A stretch of 64,000 nucleotides of DNA from an uncultured delta proteobacterium (GTDB taxonomy: Bacteria; Desulfobacterota; Zymogenia; Zymogenales; Zymogenaceae). Numbering within the stretch: position 1 is the first letter of the stretch; each line of letters begins with the position of its first letter. Shown in pieces: positions 1 through 10,231 of the stretch. The notes below the pieces were generated by a model. It saw only the letters and a list, made by a program, of their open reading frames with translations, did no database searches and was not told where the DNA came from. The DNA is taken from positions 544,001 through 608,000 of the forward strand of contig CAVTLK010000001.1 of the NCBI GenBank assembly GCA_963735595.1, written 5' to 3'. The position numbers and the translations under genes were made by a program.

Positions 1-697
1 CGCGTATCGTGTCTCCGATCCCCTCGGCCAGGAGTATTCCGATCCCCACCGACGACTTGATCGCACCCCTCAGGACCGTCCCCGCTTCGGTTACGCCCAC
101 GTGGAGCGGCAGATCGGTCCGTTCCGACACCAGTCGATATGCGGCGATGGTATCCAGCACACTCGTCGACTTGAGCGACAATTTTATGTTCGTATGCCCC
201 CATCCCGTGACGAGCGCCGCCGACCGCAGCGCACTCTCGACAAGGGCCTCGGGACAGGGGCCGCCGTACTTCTTCAGGATGTCTTTCTCCAGGGAGCCCG
301 AGTTGACGCCGATGCGAATCGCCACATCATCCTGCCGCGCCCGCTGGATAATCTCGAATAGTTTCTTTTCGCTGCCGATGTTTCCGGGATTGACGCGAAT
401 CCCCGAAGCGCCGGCGTCTATAGCGGCCAGCGCCAGGCGGCGATCGAAATGAATATCGGCTATGATTGGAACAGGGGAATCTTTAACGATAGCAATAAGG
501 GCCGATGCCGCCTCCATGTCCTTTACGGCAACCCGCACGATCCGGCACCCCGCCCGCGCAAGGCCCTGGATCTGGCCAACCGTCGCCCTTACGTCGGCCG
601 TATCGGTCTTAGTCATCGATTGGACAACGATGGGATTATCACCGCCAATCGGAACCCCGCCGACGCGGACGACTTTTGTTCTTCTTTTAGAGATCAT
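1..697 (-). CDS. ispG: 4-hydroxy-3-methylbut-2-en-1-yl diphosphate synthase (5' part; runs off window edge)
   Basis: Hand translation from ATG 697: MISKRRTKVVRVGGVPIGGDNPIVVQSMTKTDT...ADIHFD...RVNPGNIG, the GcpE/IspG signature motifs. ATGA overlap with the upstream GGDEF gene stop. Not in the ORF track because it is truncated. Confidence 0.95.
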   Translation of the reverse strand, partial: MISKRRTKVVRVGGVPIGGDNPIVVQSMTKTDTADVRATVGQIQGLARAGCRIVRVAVKDMEAASALIAIVKDSPVPIIADIHFDRRLALAAIDAGASGIRVNPGNIGSEKKLFEIIQRARQDDVAIRIGVNSGSLEKDILKKYGGPCPEALVESALRSAALVTGWGHTNIKLSLKSTSVLDTIAAYRLVSERTDLPLHVGVTEAGTVLRGAIKSSVGIGILLAEGIGDTIR

Positions 698-2550
698 TTC
701 GGATACGATAGATCGGAACAATAGGTAACGACCGCCTCCTTACCCTTGGCCTTGGCTGCGTACATCGCTTTGTCGGCGGAGTTTATGAAGTCTTCGAGTG
801 AGCTGATCTCGCTCATCGATGATATTCCTATCGAAATCGTCAATCCGTCGAGGCTCTTTTCGATCTTTTCCTTGATCCGATAGGCAATGATTTCAACCTC
901 CGATGTCGTCGTGTTAGGAAGGATGATCGCAAATTCATCCCCTCCGTAACGAAACGCCGAGTCCATAGTCCCACGAATAGTTAGTTGGATGATCCTTCCG
1001 GCCGCCTTGAGGATCTTGTTGCCGGCCAGATGGCCTTTTGTATCATTGTAGCGCTTGAAATTGTCGATATCAAACATCATGAGACAAATCGGGTAGAACA
1101 TCCTTTTGGCGCGGTCGGTTTCTTCACCGATCTTTTGGAAGAAATGCCGTTGATTATAAAGATCGGTCAGGCTGTCGGTGATGGACATGCGCCGCAATTC
1201 CTCTTCGGACCGCTTCCTCTCCGTGATGTCCTTTCCCAGCATCAGGACCCCTCGGATTATACCTGACTCGTCGAGCAGCGGAGAGGTCGACACGACGACA
1301 TTCCTCACCTGCGCCCCCCCTTTTTCAAACATCTCCACTTCGTAGACCTGTTTTGCACCCGTCGTAATCGTTTTCTTGAACCGGTTACCCTTGTGCTTCG
1401 GGGTGAGGATATCGAGAAACGGTTTGCCTATCAACTCTCGCGGATTATATCCGAATTCCTCGAATTTCCTGTTGGTGTAGGTAAACCTCGCTTCGGTATC
1501 AAGGATATAGATCAGGTCGTTGGCGCTTTCAAGGATGTTTTCCAGATAGGCCTTTGCCTCTTTGAGTTCCGACTCGGCGCGTTTCTTTTCCGTTATATCA
1601 TGGGCAAAACAGAGGATTGCCAGCCGGTCGTTAAAACGGGTATAGGTAGTTTTCATCCAGACGGCGATTGTCGTTTTGTCCTTCCGCATTGCAGAATACT
1701 CGTATTCGTCAGATACGGTAATCCCGTTGATAGAAGCCTCATACGACTTCAATATGGCCTCCCGGGATTCGGGGGCAAGTATCTCGATAAATCCCTTGCC
1801 GACAATCTCTTCCTCGGTATACCCGAACATCTTCTGAAAGACTCTGTTTACGAAGACAAACCGGTAATCCTGGACGATGAAAACGGCATCGGGCCCCCGC
1901 TCCACAAAACGTTGATACCGCCCCTGCGATGCCGCCAGTTCTCTGTTGATTTCCTGAAGCTGGCGGTTAGTTTTTTTGAGTCTATTGAATGTCTCGACGT
2001 TGGAGATGCACACCGAGAGGTGATCGGCAATTGTGGAGATTACGCGCCGATCGTTTTCGGAAAGAGGCCGGGAAATATACTTGTCATCAACGATAATAAT
2101 ACCGATAGAATCGTTACGAAACGAGATAGGAGCGATGATATATGAGCCGAAGTCGAAACGGTCGGTAAGCTCATGGTCTTGAAATGTGCGGTCGGCCATA
2201 AAATCGCGGCGATGTGCATCCGGTACCGATAATTCCCGGCCGTTCTTAAACGACCATGCCGATACCGACAATCGTCCGTCCTTGTCAGGCGTAAGGGAAA
2301 CCGGCGGAATCGACCTCAGGAGCTTTGTAAATTCCAGCCCCGCCATTTCCCGGTCCCTCCCGATTCGGAATTTGAGGACCGACGATTTCTTATCCTTCAA
2401 GGCGATAATGACGCGGCCGTACCCCATCGTGTCGATTATCTCCCTGGTGACGGACTTGAGGACCGAAAGGAGTCCGCTTCCGTGAGTCGATACCGTCGTG
2501 AGGTTTTTAATCGCAATGAGATGGTTATCTGATGACGGGTCAAGAGACAT
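694..2550 (-). CDS. Sensor diguanylate cyclase (GAF-PAS-PAS-GGDEF)
   Basis: GAF-like N-terminus, two PAS/PAC repeats ending in DITE(K/R)KR, TDSLT motif, intact RYGGDEF active site. Confidence 0.93.
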   Translation of the reverse strand: MSLDPSSDNHLIAIKNLTTVSTHGSGLLSVLKSVTREIIDTMGYGRVIIALKDKKSSVLKFRIGRDREMAGLEFTKLLRSIPPVSLTPDKDGRLSVSAWSFKNGRELSVPDAHRRDFMADRTFQDHELTDRFDFGSYIIAPISFRNDSIGIIIVDDKYISRPLSENDRRVISTIADHLSVCISNVETFNRLKKTNRQLQEINRELAASQGRYQRFVERGPDAVFIVQDYRFVFVNRVFQKMFGYTEEEIVGKGFIEILAPESREAILKSYEASINGITVSDEYEYSAMRKDKTTIAVWMKTTYTRFNDRLAILCFAHDITEKKRAESELKEAKAYLENILESANDLIYILDTEARFTYTNRKFEEFGYNPRELIGKPFLDILTPKHKGNRFKKTITTGAKQVYEVEMFEKGGAQVRNVVVSTSPLLDESGIIRGVLMLGKDITERKRSEEELRRMSITDSLTDLYNQRHFFQKIGEETDRAKRMFYPICLMMFDIDNFKRYNDTKGHLAGNKILKAAGRIIQLTIRGTMDSAFRYGGDEFAIILPNTTTSEVEIIAYRIKEKIEKSLDGLTISIGISSMSEISSLEDFINSADKAMYAAKAKGKEAVVTYCSDLSYPK

Positions 2551-2914
2551 GAGGGTTACTTCGCACCGTCCAGTATTAGCTTGCCCTTTTGTATCACGTT
2601 TTTGTCATTCTTACAATGATATTTTGAGTATTTGGTTTCTTATATCCTGAGCATTTTACACAGGACGGTCCTCTCCCTCTACACATCGACATGAGCAGCC
2701 GGTCGCCCGAAAAGCCCGATTCGGCAACCAACGCAACAAAAAATCCTCTCGCAAAATAGCACCTACGCACGCAACCCGTATCAGGGACAAAATACGCGGT
2801 CATCCGAAAGCGGCGCGATCTATGATATTCAGCGTGCATATTGCACTCGAACGCATACTGTGCTATTATACCCACGGACTATATAGAATATTATAATTTT
2901 TGCCGTTTTTTCGT

Positions 2915-3850
2915 ATGGATTACGACTCAAAAAGGGACAACCGCCTGGTCATGAAGGGAGTGCTCTCCATCCTCTCCCTTCCCGGACTCATCCAGACCAT
3001 AGATACCAAGAAAAAAATCCGGATCTATCTGAAACCCGAAAGCAAGAGGGTCGGTAGGCTCTTTTTCTCGGAAGGCAAGATCGTCCATGCATCCGTCGGC
3101 GACTCCGTTCTGGGGAAAAAGGCGTTCTTCAGGATGATGGGCTGGAAGGACATTCCCTTTGAGATGTTCGAGCTGCTCAAAGATATGGAAAGCCCCGACC
3201 CGAATATATCAATGGACACCATGGAGCTCATCATCGAGGGGACCCGCCAAGTCGACGAGATCGGCCGTCTCCAGGCTAAGCTCCCGGTCTATTATAAGAT
3301 CAAGTGCGCGGACCCCGGGCAACGGGAACTTTCCCGTGAACAACAGGAAATCCTCGCGCTGATAGAGCCCGGGGATTTCGTGCGCAACGTCCTGGATAAG
3401 AGCAGTGAAGATGATCTGGCTGTTTACAAGACCCTCGTTCACCTTTCAGGTCTGAAGACAATCACATTCCTTCGGATAAAGGTGCTTGTTATCGACGACA
3501 ATCAATTCTTTGCCGGTATTATCAACGACGTTATCGAAAAGCTCTTCAAGAACCTCTTTACCACTCTGGTGGTTGGCAGCGGGGAAAAAGGGATAACCCT
3601 GATAGAAGGACCGAACAAACCCGATCTAATTATTTCAGACCTGATCATGGAAGGCAGGGACGGTTTTGATGTTATCGAAGCCGCTAACAGGCACTCAATC
3701 CCGGTCATGATCCTAACCTCCGAACGAAGGAATAGGGAGCGGATAGTTGAAAGCGGCGCCCTGTATATGCATAAGTCGGTGCTCGGCACCGATGAATTCA
3801 CCGGTATATTCAAGAAGGTGATGTTCGATATCCTGACAGCCGACCATTGA
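2915..3850 (+). CDS. DUF4388 (PatA-N-like) domain plus C-terminal response-regulator receiver
   Basis: GRLFFSEGKIVHA...ELIIEGTRQVDE fits DUF4388. KVLVIDD...DLIISDLIMEGRDGF...ILTS is a receiver domain. Start uncertain (TTG 2900, ATG 2915 or ATG 2951). Confidence 0.8.
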   Translation: MDYDSKRDNRLVMKGVLSILSLPGLIQTIDTKKKIRIYLKPESKRVGRLFFSEGKIVHASVGDSVLGKKAFFRMMGWKDIPFEMFELLKDMESPDPNISMDTMELIIEGTRQVDEIGRLQAKLPVYYKIKCADPGQRELSREQQEILALIEPGDFVRNVLDKSSEDDLAVYKTLVHLSGLKTITFLRIKVLVIDDNQFFAGIINDVIEKLFKNLFTTLVVGSGEKGITLIEGPNKPDLIISDLIMEGRDGFDVIEAANRHSIPVMILTSERRNRERIVESGALYMHKSVLGTDEFTGIFKKVMFDILTADH

Positions 3851-4141
3851 TTTCGCTTTCTCCTCCACGGTTACCTTTCCGGCGATTCGCACGACGCTCG
3901 TTCGAAGGTGCCCAACCCGCCACGTGTAGTCATCACACGGCATCCCGGATGCGCGATAACGCATGCGAATAACGCCCGCCGAATAAAGCGTCCGTTCCCA
4001 CGTCCCGATATAACAACCAAGACGCGTATGAAGAATAACGGGTTAGTTGATTTAATTAGATTCCGGGTGCGGTATCAGCGGGAGGAGTGTTAAGAACGGC
4101 CGCACCGTGCGGCTCCGTTGAAATACAAGGACAATCTCCGT

Positions 4142-4432
4142 TTATCGGTCGGCATCTCCATCCACTCTCTTTTTTAACTCTCGTCCAACCTTGAAAAAGG
4201 GGAGCCTCTTCTCTTTGACCTGGATAGTGTCGCCCGTCTTCGGGTTCCTTCCGGTATACGGTTTATAGTGTTTGACCGTAAAGCTCCCGAAACCCCTGAT
4301 TTCTATCTTATCGTTTTTTTTCAGCGCATCGGTCATTTCACTAAAGACATGGTTAATCACCGATTCCGATCTCTTCTGAGTAAGATTCATTCTCTTGGCG
4401 AGGACCTCGATCAGGTCTGATTTATTCATCAT
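4142..4432 (-). CDS. ihfB: Integration host factor beta / HU family protein
   Basis: MNKSDLIE...KIEIRGFGSF...GRNPKTG...PFFKVGRELKKRVD. Confidence 0.9.
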   Translation of the reverse strand: MMNKSDLIEVLAKRMNLTQKRSESVINHVFSEMTDALKKNDKIEIRGFGSFTVKHYKPYTGRNPKTGDTIQVKEKRLPFFKVGRELKKRVDGDADR

Positions 4433-4481
4433 ACTGGCCCCCTATAGAACATAGAACCAATTGGAATGACCGAATCATACA

Positions 4482-4557
4482 TGGTGCCCCCGGCACGACT
4501 TGAACGTGCGACACACGGATTAGGAATCCGTTGCTCTATCCCCTGAGCTACGGGGGC
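4482..4557 (-). tRNA. tRNA-Arg(CCT)
   Basis: GCCCCCGTAGCTCAGGGGATAGAGCAACGGATT-CCT-AATCCG...GTTCAAGTC...GGGGGCACCA; 76 nt with encoded CCA. Confidence 0.97.
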
Positions 4558-4610
4558 CTTTCGCTCGGCGGTGCTTAACGAACATAAAACAGATAGCCAA
4601 AACAGGAAGA

Positions 4611-4639
4611 AAATTAACACCTTTTCCTATCTATGTCAA
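4611..4639 (-). promoter_or_regulatory. Sigma70-type promoter for tRNA-Arg/ihfB
   Basis: TTGACA-17 nt-TAATTT with a TGn extension on the minus strand, about 50 nt upstream of the tRNA. Confidence 0.6.
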
Positions 4640-4899
4640 GAAGATATTTGGATTTTTGACGTTTACCATAATAATCCGACACCCGCAATATCCTGGAGTG
4701 AAATTAAGCTTGCGGAAATTTGTTACCATAAAGCATTAGGGCGCCCGCGTCCCATGATATGCTGCAGATCATTGTAATGGCACACCGGACGGTCGACTAC
4801 ATCTTAAATAACCGGACCCGGTATTTCGGATAGTCCGCAATAAAACGGGCCGCCCTGAATCATCGATGATCCGGGTAACCCGCTGTCGGCAATAATCCG

Positions 4900-5472
4900 T
4901 TACGAGGAGGTTGCCTCTCTTTTCAGGATATCGATCATCTCATTGGTCGTGACTACCCGTGAAAAGACCAGCCCCTGAACCGCGCAGACCGCGGCGTGGA
5001 TCGAGGCGGCGCTGACGTCCCCGATGTCGATGGCGGCCGTCGCGTCCCTAAGAAAATGGACTGAATAGCCGCGGGCGTGGGCCTCCCGGGCCGTGGTGTC
5101 GCAGCACATGAAAGACATCAAGCCGCCGATGATCACGTGCTCGATTCCACGCCGGTCCAGGATATCCCCGAGATCCGTGAGGTAGAATGAGCCCGGCCTC
5201 GTCTTAGTGACGACCGGCTCGTTTGCTTGGGGAACGAACCCGTCGATGAATTCCACCGCGCTGCTTCCCGCCCGAAACGTGGCGTCTTGCGGGTTCTTGC
5301 TGATGTGCCTGACGTGGATGATATCAATTGATCGTTGTCGTGCAACCTCCATCAGAGAAAGGAGGTTATCGGCGACCTTCGGCCCATCGGGAATCTTGAG
5401 AAATCCGCCTTCCGAAAAGTATTCCTTTTGCATGTCTATGACGAGCAACGCGAACCGTTTTGTCGGCTTCAT
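4900..5472 (-). CDS. Isochorismatase-family cysteine hydrolase
   Basis: ALLVIDMQ, VVTKTRPGSF, CCDTTAREA (Asp-Lys-Cys triad). GAGGTG RBS before ATG 5472. Confidence 0.88.
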   Translation of the reverse strand: MKPTKRFALLVIDMQKEYFSEGGFLKIPDGPKVADNLLSLMEVARQRSIDIIHVRHISKNPQDATFRAGSSAVEFIDGFVPQANEPVVTKTRPGSFYLTDLGDILDRRGIEHVIIGGLMSFMCCDTTAREAHARGYSVHFLRDATAAIDIGDVSAASIHAAVCAVQGLVFSRVVTTNEMIDILKREATSS

Positions 5473-5490
5473 ACAACACCTCACCTATTA

Positions 5491-7224
5491 TCAATCGGCA
5501 TAAAGAGGCACAAGGTCGAATTTCTCCACGTCCACCAGTCCCCGGTCGGTTATCTTTAGTTTCGGGATGACTGCAAGCGGAAGAAACGACAGCGTCATGA
5601 AAGGGTTGGCAAGGACGCAGCCGATCTCGTGCGCAGCCTTCAGGTTCTTGGTCATTATGGAGTCAACCTCTTCGAGCGAGCGATCGCTCATCAATCCCGC
5701 GATCGGCAGTGCCAGCTCTGAGACAACCTCGCCGTCCCGCACCACCACCTGCCCTCCCCCCATCTCAATGATCCGGTTGGCGGCGCAATAGATGTCCGGG
5801 TCGCTCGTCCCCACGACCGTAATATTGTGTGAGTCATGCCCGACGGAAGACCCGACGGCGCCGGCCTTCAGGCCGCATCCCTTCACGAAGCCGACGGCGA
5901 CGTTACCCGTACCCCGGTGCCGCTCGATTACGGCGACCTTGAGTATATCACGCGCAACATCCGCGACGGCGGCGCCCGTATGTTCCGTAAGCCCGATCAG
6001 GAGTTGCTCGGTAAGTATCTGGCCGACAACGACCCCGATGACCCGCGCCGGGCCGTTCCTGAACGGGACCCTCAGCCTCTCGGGACCGAAGCCCTTCACA
6101 TTCATCGGCACACGCGGCATGTCCGAGGCTCCCTGAATCTCAAAGGTCGTCCCGCCTCCCCGGGCAACAAGGACTCCCTTCTTGAACACCTTGTCGACGC
6201 AGAAATCAGTCAGATCGTCCAGCACGGCCACGTCCGCCTGTCTGCCCGGGGCCAGCGCCCCGAGGTGAGAAACTCCTGCCCGCATCGCGGGTACAATCGT
6301 GGCCATTCTGACCGCGGTAACCGGATCGAGCCCGGCGGCGGCCGCGCGCTTCAGGAAATAGTCGATGTGCCCCCTTCTGAGGAGGTCGCCGGGGTGTATA
6401 TCGTCGCCGACCAGCGTCGCAAACCAGAAATTTCGCTCATTGATGAGGCCGATGAGCTCGTCGAGATTGCGGGCGTCGCTGCCCTCTCGGATCATAATAA
6501 ACATTCCCTGGCGCAGTTTCTCCCGGGCCTCCGATAACCCCATACACTCATGATCGGAGCCGATACCCGCCGAGATATAGGCCGTCAGGTCCCTGCCGGA
6601 AACCAGCGGCGCGTGCCCGTCGATCATCTTGTTCCTGCGCCGGGCCATAACGATCTTCTGGAGGACGTCCTCGGCGCCGTCTATTACGCCGGGGAAATTC
6701 ATCACCTCCCCCAGCCCGAGCACCCATGGCTCGTCGATCAGCTTCGATAGGTCTTCGGCCGAAAGAACGGCGCCCGAGGTCTCAAGTCCGGTTGCGGGAA
6801 CGCACGACGGCAGCATGAAATAGATATCGAGCGGCGTGAGCAGCCCGTCCTGCTGCATTGCCACGATCCCCGGCAAACCCATCACGTTTGCGATCTCGTG
6901 GGGATCGGCTATGACGGTCGTAGTCCCCCGGGCGGTCACGCCCCGGGCAAATTGCGATGGGACAAGACAGGAGCTCTCGATGTGGATGTGGCTTTCGATA
7001 AATCCGGGAGATAGGTATTTGCCGGAAACGTCGATCGTCTCGGCCGCCTCATAGGAGCCGACTCCCACGATACGGCCGGACAATATCCCGAGGTCCCCGC
7101 TTTCGGTCTCGCCGGTAAAGACGTTGATGATCCGCCCTCCCGAAAGAACCGTGTCGCACGGACGGATTCCCCGGGCCGCCTCTATGAGGGCCCGCAATTC
7201 ATTGGTTGGTATAGAAGTACTCAT
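5491..7224 (-). CDS. ade: Adenine deaminase
   Basis: PGFIESHIHIESS, ADPHEIANV, PSCVPAT, GEVMNFPG, DGHAP, SDHEC, GHDSHN motifs. Confidence 0.95.
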   Translation of the reverse strand: MSTSIPTNELRALIEAARGIRPCDTVLSGGRIINVFTGETESGDLGILSGRIVGVGSYEAAETIDVSGKYLSPGFIESHIHIESSCLVPSQFARGVTARGTTTVIADPHEIANVMGLPGIVAMQQDGLLTPLDIYFMLPSCVPATGLETSGAVLSAEDLSKLIDEPWVLGLGEVMNFPGVIDGAEDVLQKIVMARRRNKMIDGHAPLVSGRDLTAYISAGIGSDHECMGLSEAREKLRQGMFIMIREGSDARNLDELIGLINERNFWFATLVGDDIHPGDLLRRGHIDYFLKRAAAAGLDPVTAVRMATIVPAMRAGVSHLGALAPGRQADVAVLDDLTDFCVDKVFKKGVLVARGGGTTFEIQGASDMPRVPMNVKGFGPERLRVPFRNGPARVIGVVVGQILTEQLLIGLTEHTGAAVADVARDILKVAVIERHRGTGNVAVGFVKGCGLKAGAVGSSVGHDSHNITVVGTSDPDIYCAANRIIEMGGGQVVVRDGEVVSELALPIAGLMSDRSLEEVDSIMTKNLKAAHEIGCVLANPFMTLSFLPLAVIPKLKITDRGLVDVEKFDLVPLYAD

Positions 7225-7883
7225 GGGAGGAAAAACAACGGGTTTCTTACCTTATTATCCTTACGGACCTCAAAATGGAGGTGGGGGCCGGTGGACTTGC
7301 CGGTGCTGCCTATCAGGCCGATCTTTTTCCCTTTCGCGACGGTGTCCCCCACCGATACGGAGATGACCGACAGGTGGCCGTAGTAGGTCTCATACCCGTC
7401 GCCGTGTTTGAGGATCACAAGGTTTCCGTAGCCGCCTTTACGGCCGGCGTACACGACCGTAGCGTCTCCACCGGCCAGCACCGGGATACCCGCATTGGCC
7501 GATATATCGAGGCCCGAGTGCATCTGCCCCCACCTGACCCCGAACAGGGAGTAGACAGTCCCCTCGGTCGGCCATACAAACATCCCCTTATGGACGACAA
7601 TAGTGCCCGTCTCATCAGTGTCGACCTTGTAGACCTCCACCTCCAGCTGCTTCCCGGCCCCGGGAATGAAGATCTCCTGTCCCACATAGATGCGGCTCTT
7701 ATCGTAGATATCGTTATATTCGGCGATCGTCTGCATATCGACGCCGTAGGTCTTGGAGATCCTCCATAGGGTCTGTCCCTTCTTCACCGTGTGATAGACC
7801 CCTCCGGTCGTCGTCGTGGTGACGCAGGCCGAGAGCGCCAGGAGCGCTACCGCCGCAGCGATGAATATAGTCTTCCGTTTCAT
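7221..7883 (-). CDS. LysM / M23 peptidase lipoprotein (NlpD-like)
   Basis: Lipobox LSAC, LysM (YHTVKKGQTLWRIS), M23 motifs HSGLD and HLHFEVR. Lies in surE-pcm context. Confidence 0.9.
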   Translation of the reverse strand: MKRKTIFIAAAVALLALSACVTTTTTGGVYHTVKKGQTLWRISKTYGVDMQTIAEYNDIYDKSRIYVGQEIFIPGAGKQLEVEVYKVDTDETGTIVVHKGMFVWPTEGTVYSLFGVRWGQMHSGLDISANAGIPVLAGGDATVVYAGRKGGYGNLVILKHGDGYETYYGHLSVISVSVGDTVAKGKKIGLIGSTGKSTGPHLHFEVRKDNKVRNPLFFLP

Positions 7884-7961
7884 ATAATCAAGAACGAGGC
7901 TTTCAGATGAGACACCTTCGACCCTTGCGAGCCGTACACCGCGAAAAGCTAACCGAACGGG

Positions 7962-8591
7962 CTATCGACGGGCCGCCAGTTTATCCCTCACGTGCCGGTA
8001 GACAAACCATATAAACCCGATCACCAGCAACGCGGCAACGGTAAACGAGACCGGCTCAGAATAGTGTTTAATTCTGTCCCAGTGCTCCCCCAACAGATAC
8101 CCGGCGTATACCAGGATGAAGTTCCACATAGACGCGCCGGCGACCGTATACAGGCAGAACCGTTTGAGATCCATCTTCCCAATACCCGCCGGGATGGATA
8201 TCAGGTGCCTGACTACGGGTATGAACCGGCTGATGAATATGGTATACTCTCCCCGCTTTTCGAACCATCGCTCCGTCTTATTAAGGTCTTCCACGTCCAG
8301 CAATACGTATTTGCCGTATCTGATGACAAACGCGTTACCGCCGTATTTCCCCATATAGTAGGATATCAGGGAACCCGTGATGCTGCCCAGCGAGCTTGCG
8401 ATCATAACCCAGACGAAGCTGAAATCGCCCCGGGAGATGAGGAATCCCGCAAACGGCAGCACCAGTTCCGACGGTATCGGGATCACCATGCTCTCCATGA
8501 CCATAAGGAAGAAAACGCCGAGGTAGCCGATCCTCGATATTACATCTATCGCGAAGACCGCCAGCAGTTCCAACAATCCGTATAGGGTCAT
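7962..8591 (-). CDS. DedA family membrane protein
   Basis: ESMVIPIPSELVLPFAGF and RFIPVVRHLISIPAG motifs. Confidence 0.92.
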   Translation of the reverse strand: MTLYGLLELLAVFAIDVISRIGYLGVFFLMVMESMVIPIPSELVLPFAGFLISRGDFSFVWVMIASSLGSITGSLISYYMGKYGGNAFVIRYGKYVLLDVEDLNKTERWFEKRGEYTIFISRFIPVVRHLISIPAGIGKMDLKRFCLYTVAGASMWNFILVYAGYLLGEHWDRIKHYSEPVSFTVAALLVIGFIWFVYRHVRDKLAARR

Positions 8592-8646
8592 ACCTTACCT
8601 TCCTTCGTGCCTAATGCGATAGTACCGGAACCACCCGGACCATCGG

Positions 8647-9300
8647 CTAATGCATCCAACCGAATTCTCCAATCAGCTTCACGAACCTGCACGACCCGAG
8701 ATTCCTGCGGACAACCTCGTGCCCCTCCTTTACCGCCTGCACCAGTTCCTGCGAAGATCGCCCTCCCACCGGGATGACGAGCCTTCCCCCGTCTTTCAGT
8801 TGATCGATAAGCGGCCTCGGAATATCGGGGGACGCAGCGGCCACTACGATCGCGTCAAACGGGCATTGCTCTATCCAGCCCTGGGTTCCGTCATCCACCC
8901 TGATGCGGACGTTACTGAACCCAAGCTGCCTGAGGAGTCCGTCGGCCTTTTTCGCAAGCTCCTCAATCCGTTCGACGGAAAAGACCTCCCGTGCGATCTT
9001 GGCAAGAATCGCAGTCTGGTATCCCGACCCCGTTCCGATCTCCAGGACCCGATCCTTCGGAGAAAGCATAAGGCTTTCAACCATCAGTGCAACGATATAG
9101 GGCTGGGAAATGGTCTGCTCGTTTCCAATGGGCAGCGGGTAATCGTTGTAGGCCTGGTTCCTGAGAGCCTCTTCCACGAACAGGTGGCGCGGTACCGAAA
9201 GGAATGCGTCGATCGTTGCGCCGTCGCGTATCCCGCGGGAGACGATCTGTGCGTCGACCATGCGCTTCCTGGCTATTTCAAATCCGTCTCGATTCTCCAC
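8647..9300 (-). CDS. pcm: Protein-L-isoaspartate O-methyltransferase
   Basis: [28 protein letters not shown]; directly follows surE. Confidence 0.96.
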   Translation of the reverse strand: MENRDGFEIARKRMVDAQIVSRGIRDGATIDAFLSVPRHLFVEEALRNQAYNDYPLPIGNEQTISQPYIVALMVESLMLSPKDRVLEIGTGSGYQTAILAKIAREVFSVERIEELAKKADGLLRQLGFSNVRIRVDDGTQGWIEQCPFDAIVVAAASPDIPRPLIDQLKDGGRLVIPVGGRSSQELVQAVKEGHEVVRRNLGSCRFVKLIGEFGWMH

Positions 9301-10028
9301 TTCCTTATCTCTCCGATGGATACGTAGTTTGTCAAATCAAGATGGAGCGGCGTTATCGATATATACCCGTGGGTCACGGCAAAGAAATCCGACTCGATAT
9401 CGTCTTCGAAGGTTATCTCACCCGATCCGATCGTAAATGATCCCGATCCCGGAGGCTCGACGCGCCCGACGACGGCATTGCTGTATACCCGTTTTCCCTG
9501 CCTGGTTACCTTGTACGGCCGCCGCTCCGCCACGATTGCATCGGGAATATTTACGTTAAGGACGGTGTCCCGCGGCATGGGGTGGGCGGCCAGATAATCG
9601 ACCAGATCCGCGGTAAACCGGGCGGCCGGCCCGAAATCACGGGCTGTCTTCATCTCGTACGAAACGGCGATCGACGGAATCGTAAGGAGGAGTCCCTCTA
9701 CGGCCGCCGATACCGTGCCGGAATAAAAGACGTCGTCCCCTAAATTTGCCCCGTGATTTATCCCCGATACTACGAGATCGGGGCGCACGGTGAGTATGCC
9801 GTTAACGGCAAGGTTCACACAGTCGGCCGGCGTTCCATCAACGGCATAGGAGCGCTCGCCCGTCTTCTGCACCGATAACGCCCTGCGCAGCGTGAGGCTG
9901 TGGCTCGAGGCGCTTTGTTCGCGCGCGGGGGCGACCACAAAGACCGTATGTTTGCGCTCGAGCTCACCTGACAGAGCCCTGATGCCTTCGGCCTCGATAC
10001 CGTCATCGTTTGAAACGAGAATAATCAA
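9273..10028 (-). CDS. surE: 5'/3'-nucleotidase SurE
   Basis: [41 protein letters not shown]. Confidence 0.96.
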   Translation of the reverse strand: MIILVSNDDGIEAEGIRALSGELERKHTVFVVAPAREQSASSHSLTLRRALSVQKTGERSYAVDGTPADCVNLAVNGILTVRPDLVVSGINHGANLGDDVFYSGTVSAAVEGLLLTIPSIAVSYEMKTARDFGPAARFTADLVDYLAAHPMPRDTVLNVNIPDAIVAERRPYKVTRQGKRVYSNAVVGRVEPPGSGSFTIGSGEITFEDDIESDFFAVTHGYISITPLHLDLTNYVSIGEIRKWRIETDLK

Positions 10029-10231
10029 CGGAAACCCGCAATCTGATCCATCGAATTACCGTACCACATCGAAATGTCAGGGTCAACTCATTTTAGGAAC
10101 GCGCCCGTGTTCATTTGGGGGCAATAGCGGCCGTTGAAGGGCGGCCGTGCGATGAAATAAAATGCTTCCCATAGGGTATATCCTTTAGTATAATGCCGGA
10201 TATTTCAACACTATTATGAGAGAGGTGTTTT

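Noticed and set aside
2594..2875. 93-aa ORF in the divergent intergenic region
   Set aside because: No RBS or motif and atypical composition; more likely promoter DNA.
4429..4620. Short ORFs overlapping tRNA genes (also 23891-24079, 34628-34822, 34895-35125)
   Set aside because: Spurious frames across tRNA or SRP genes.
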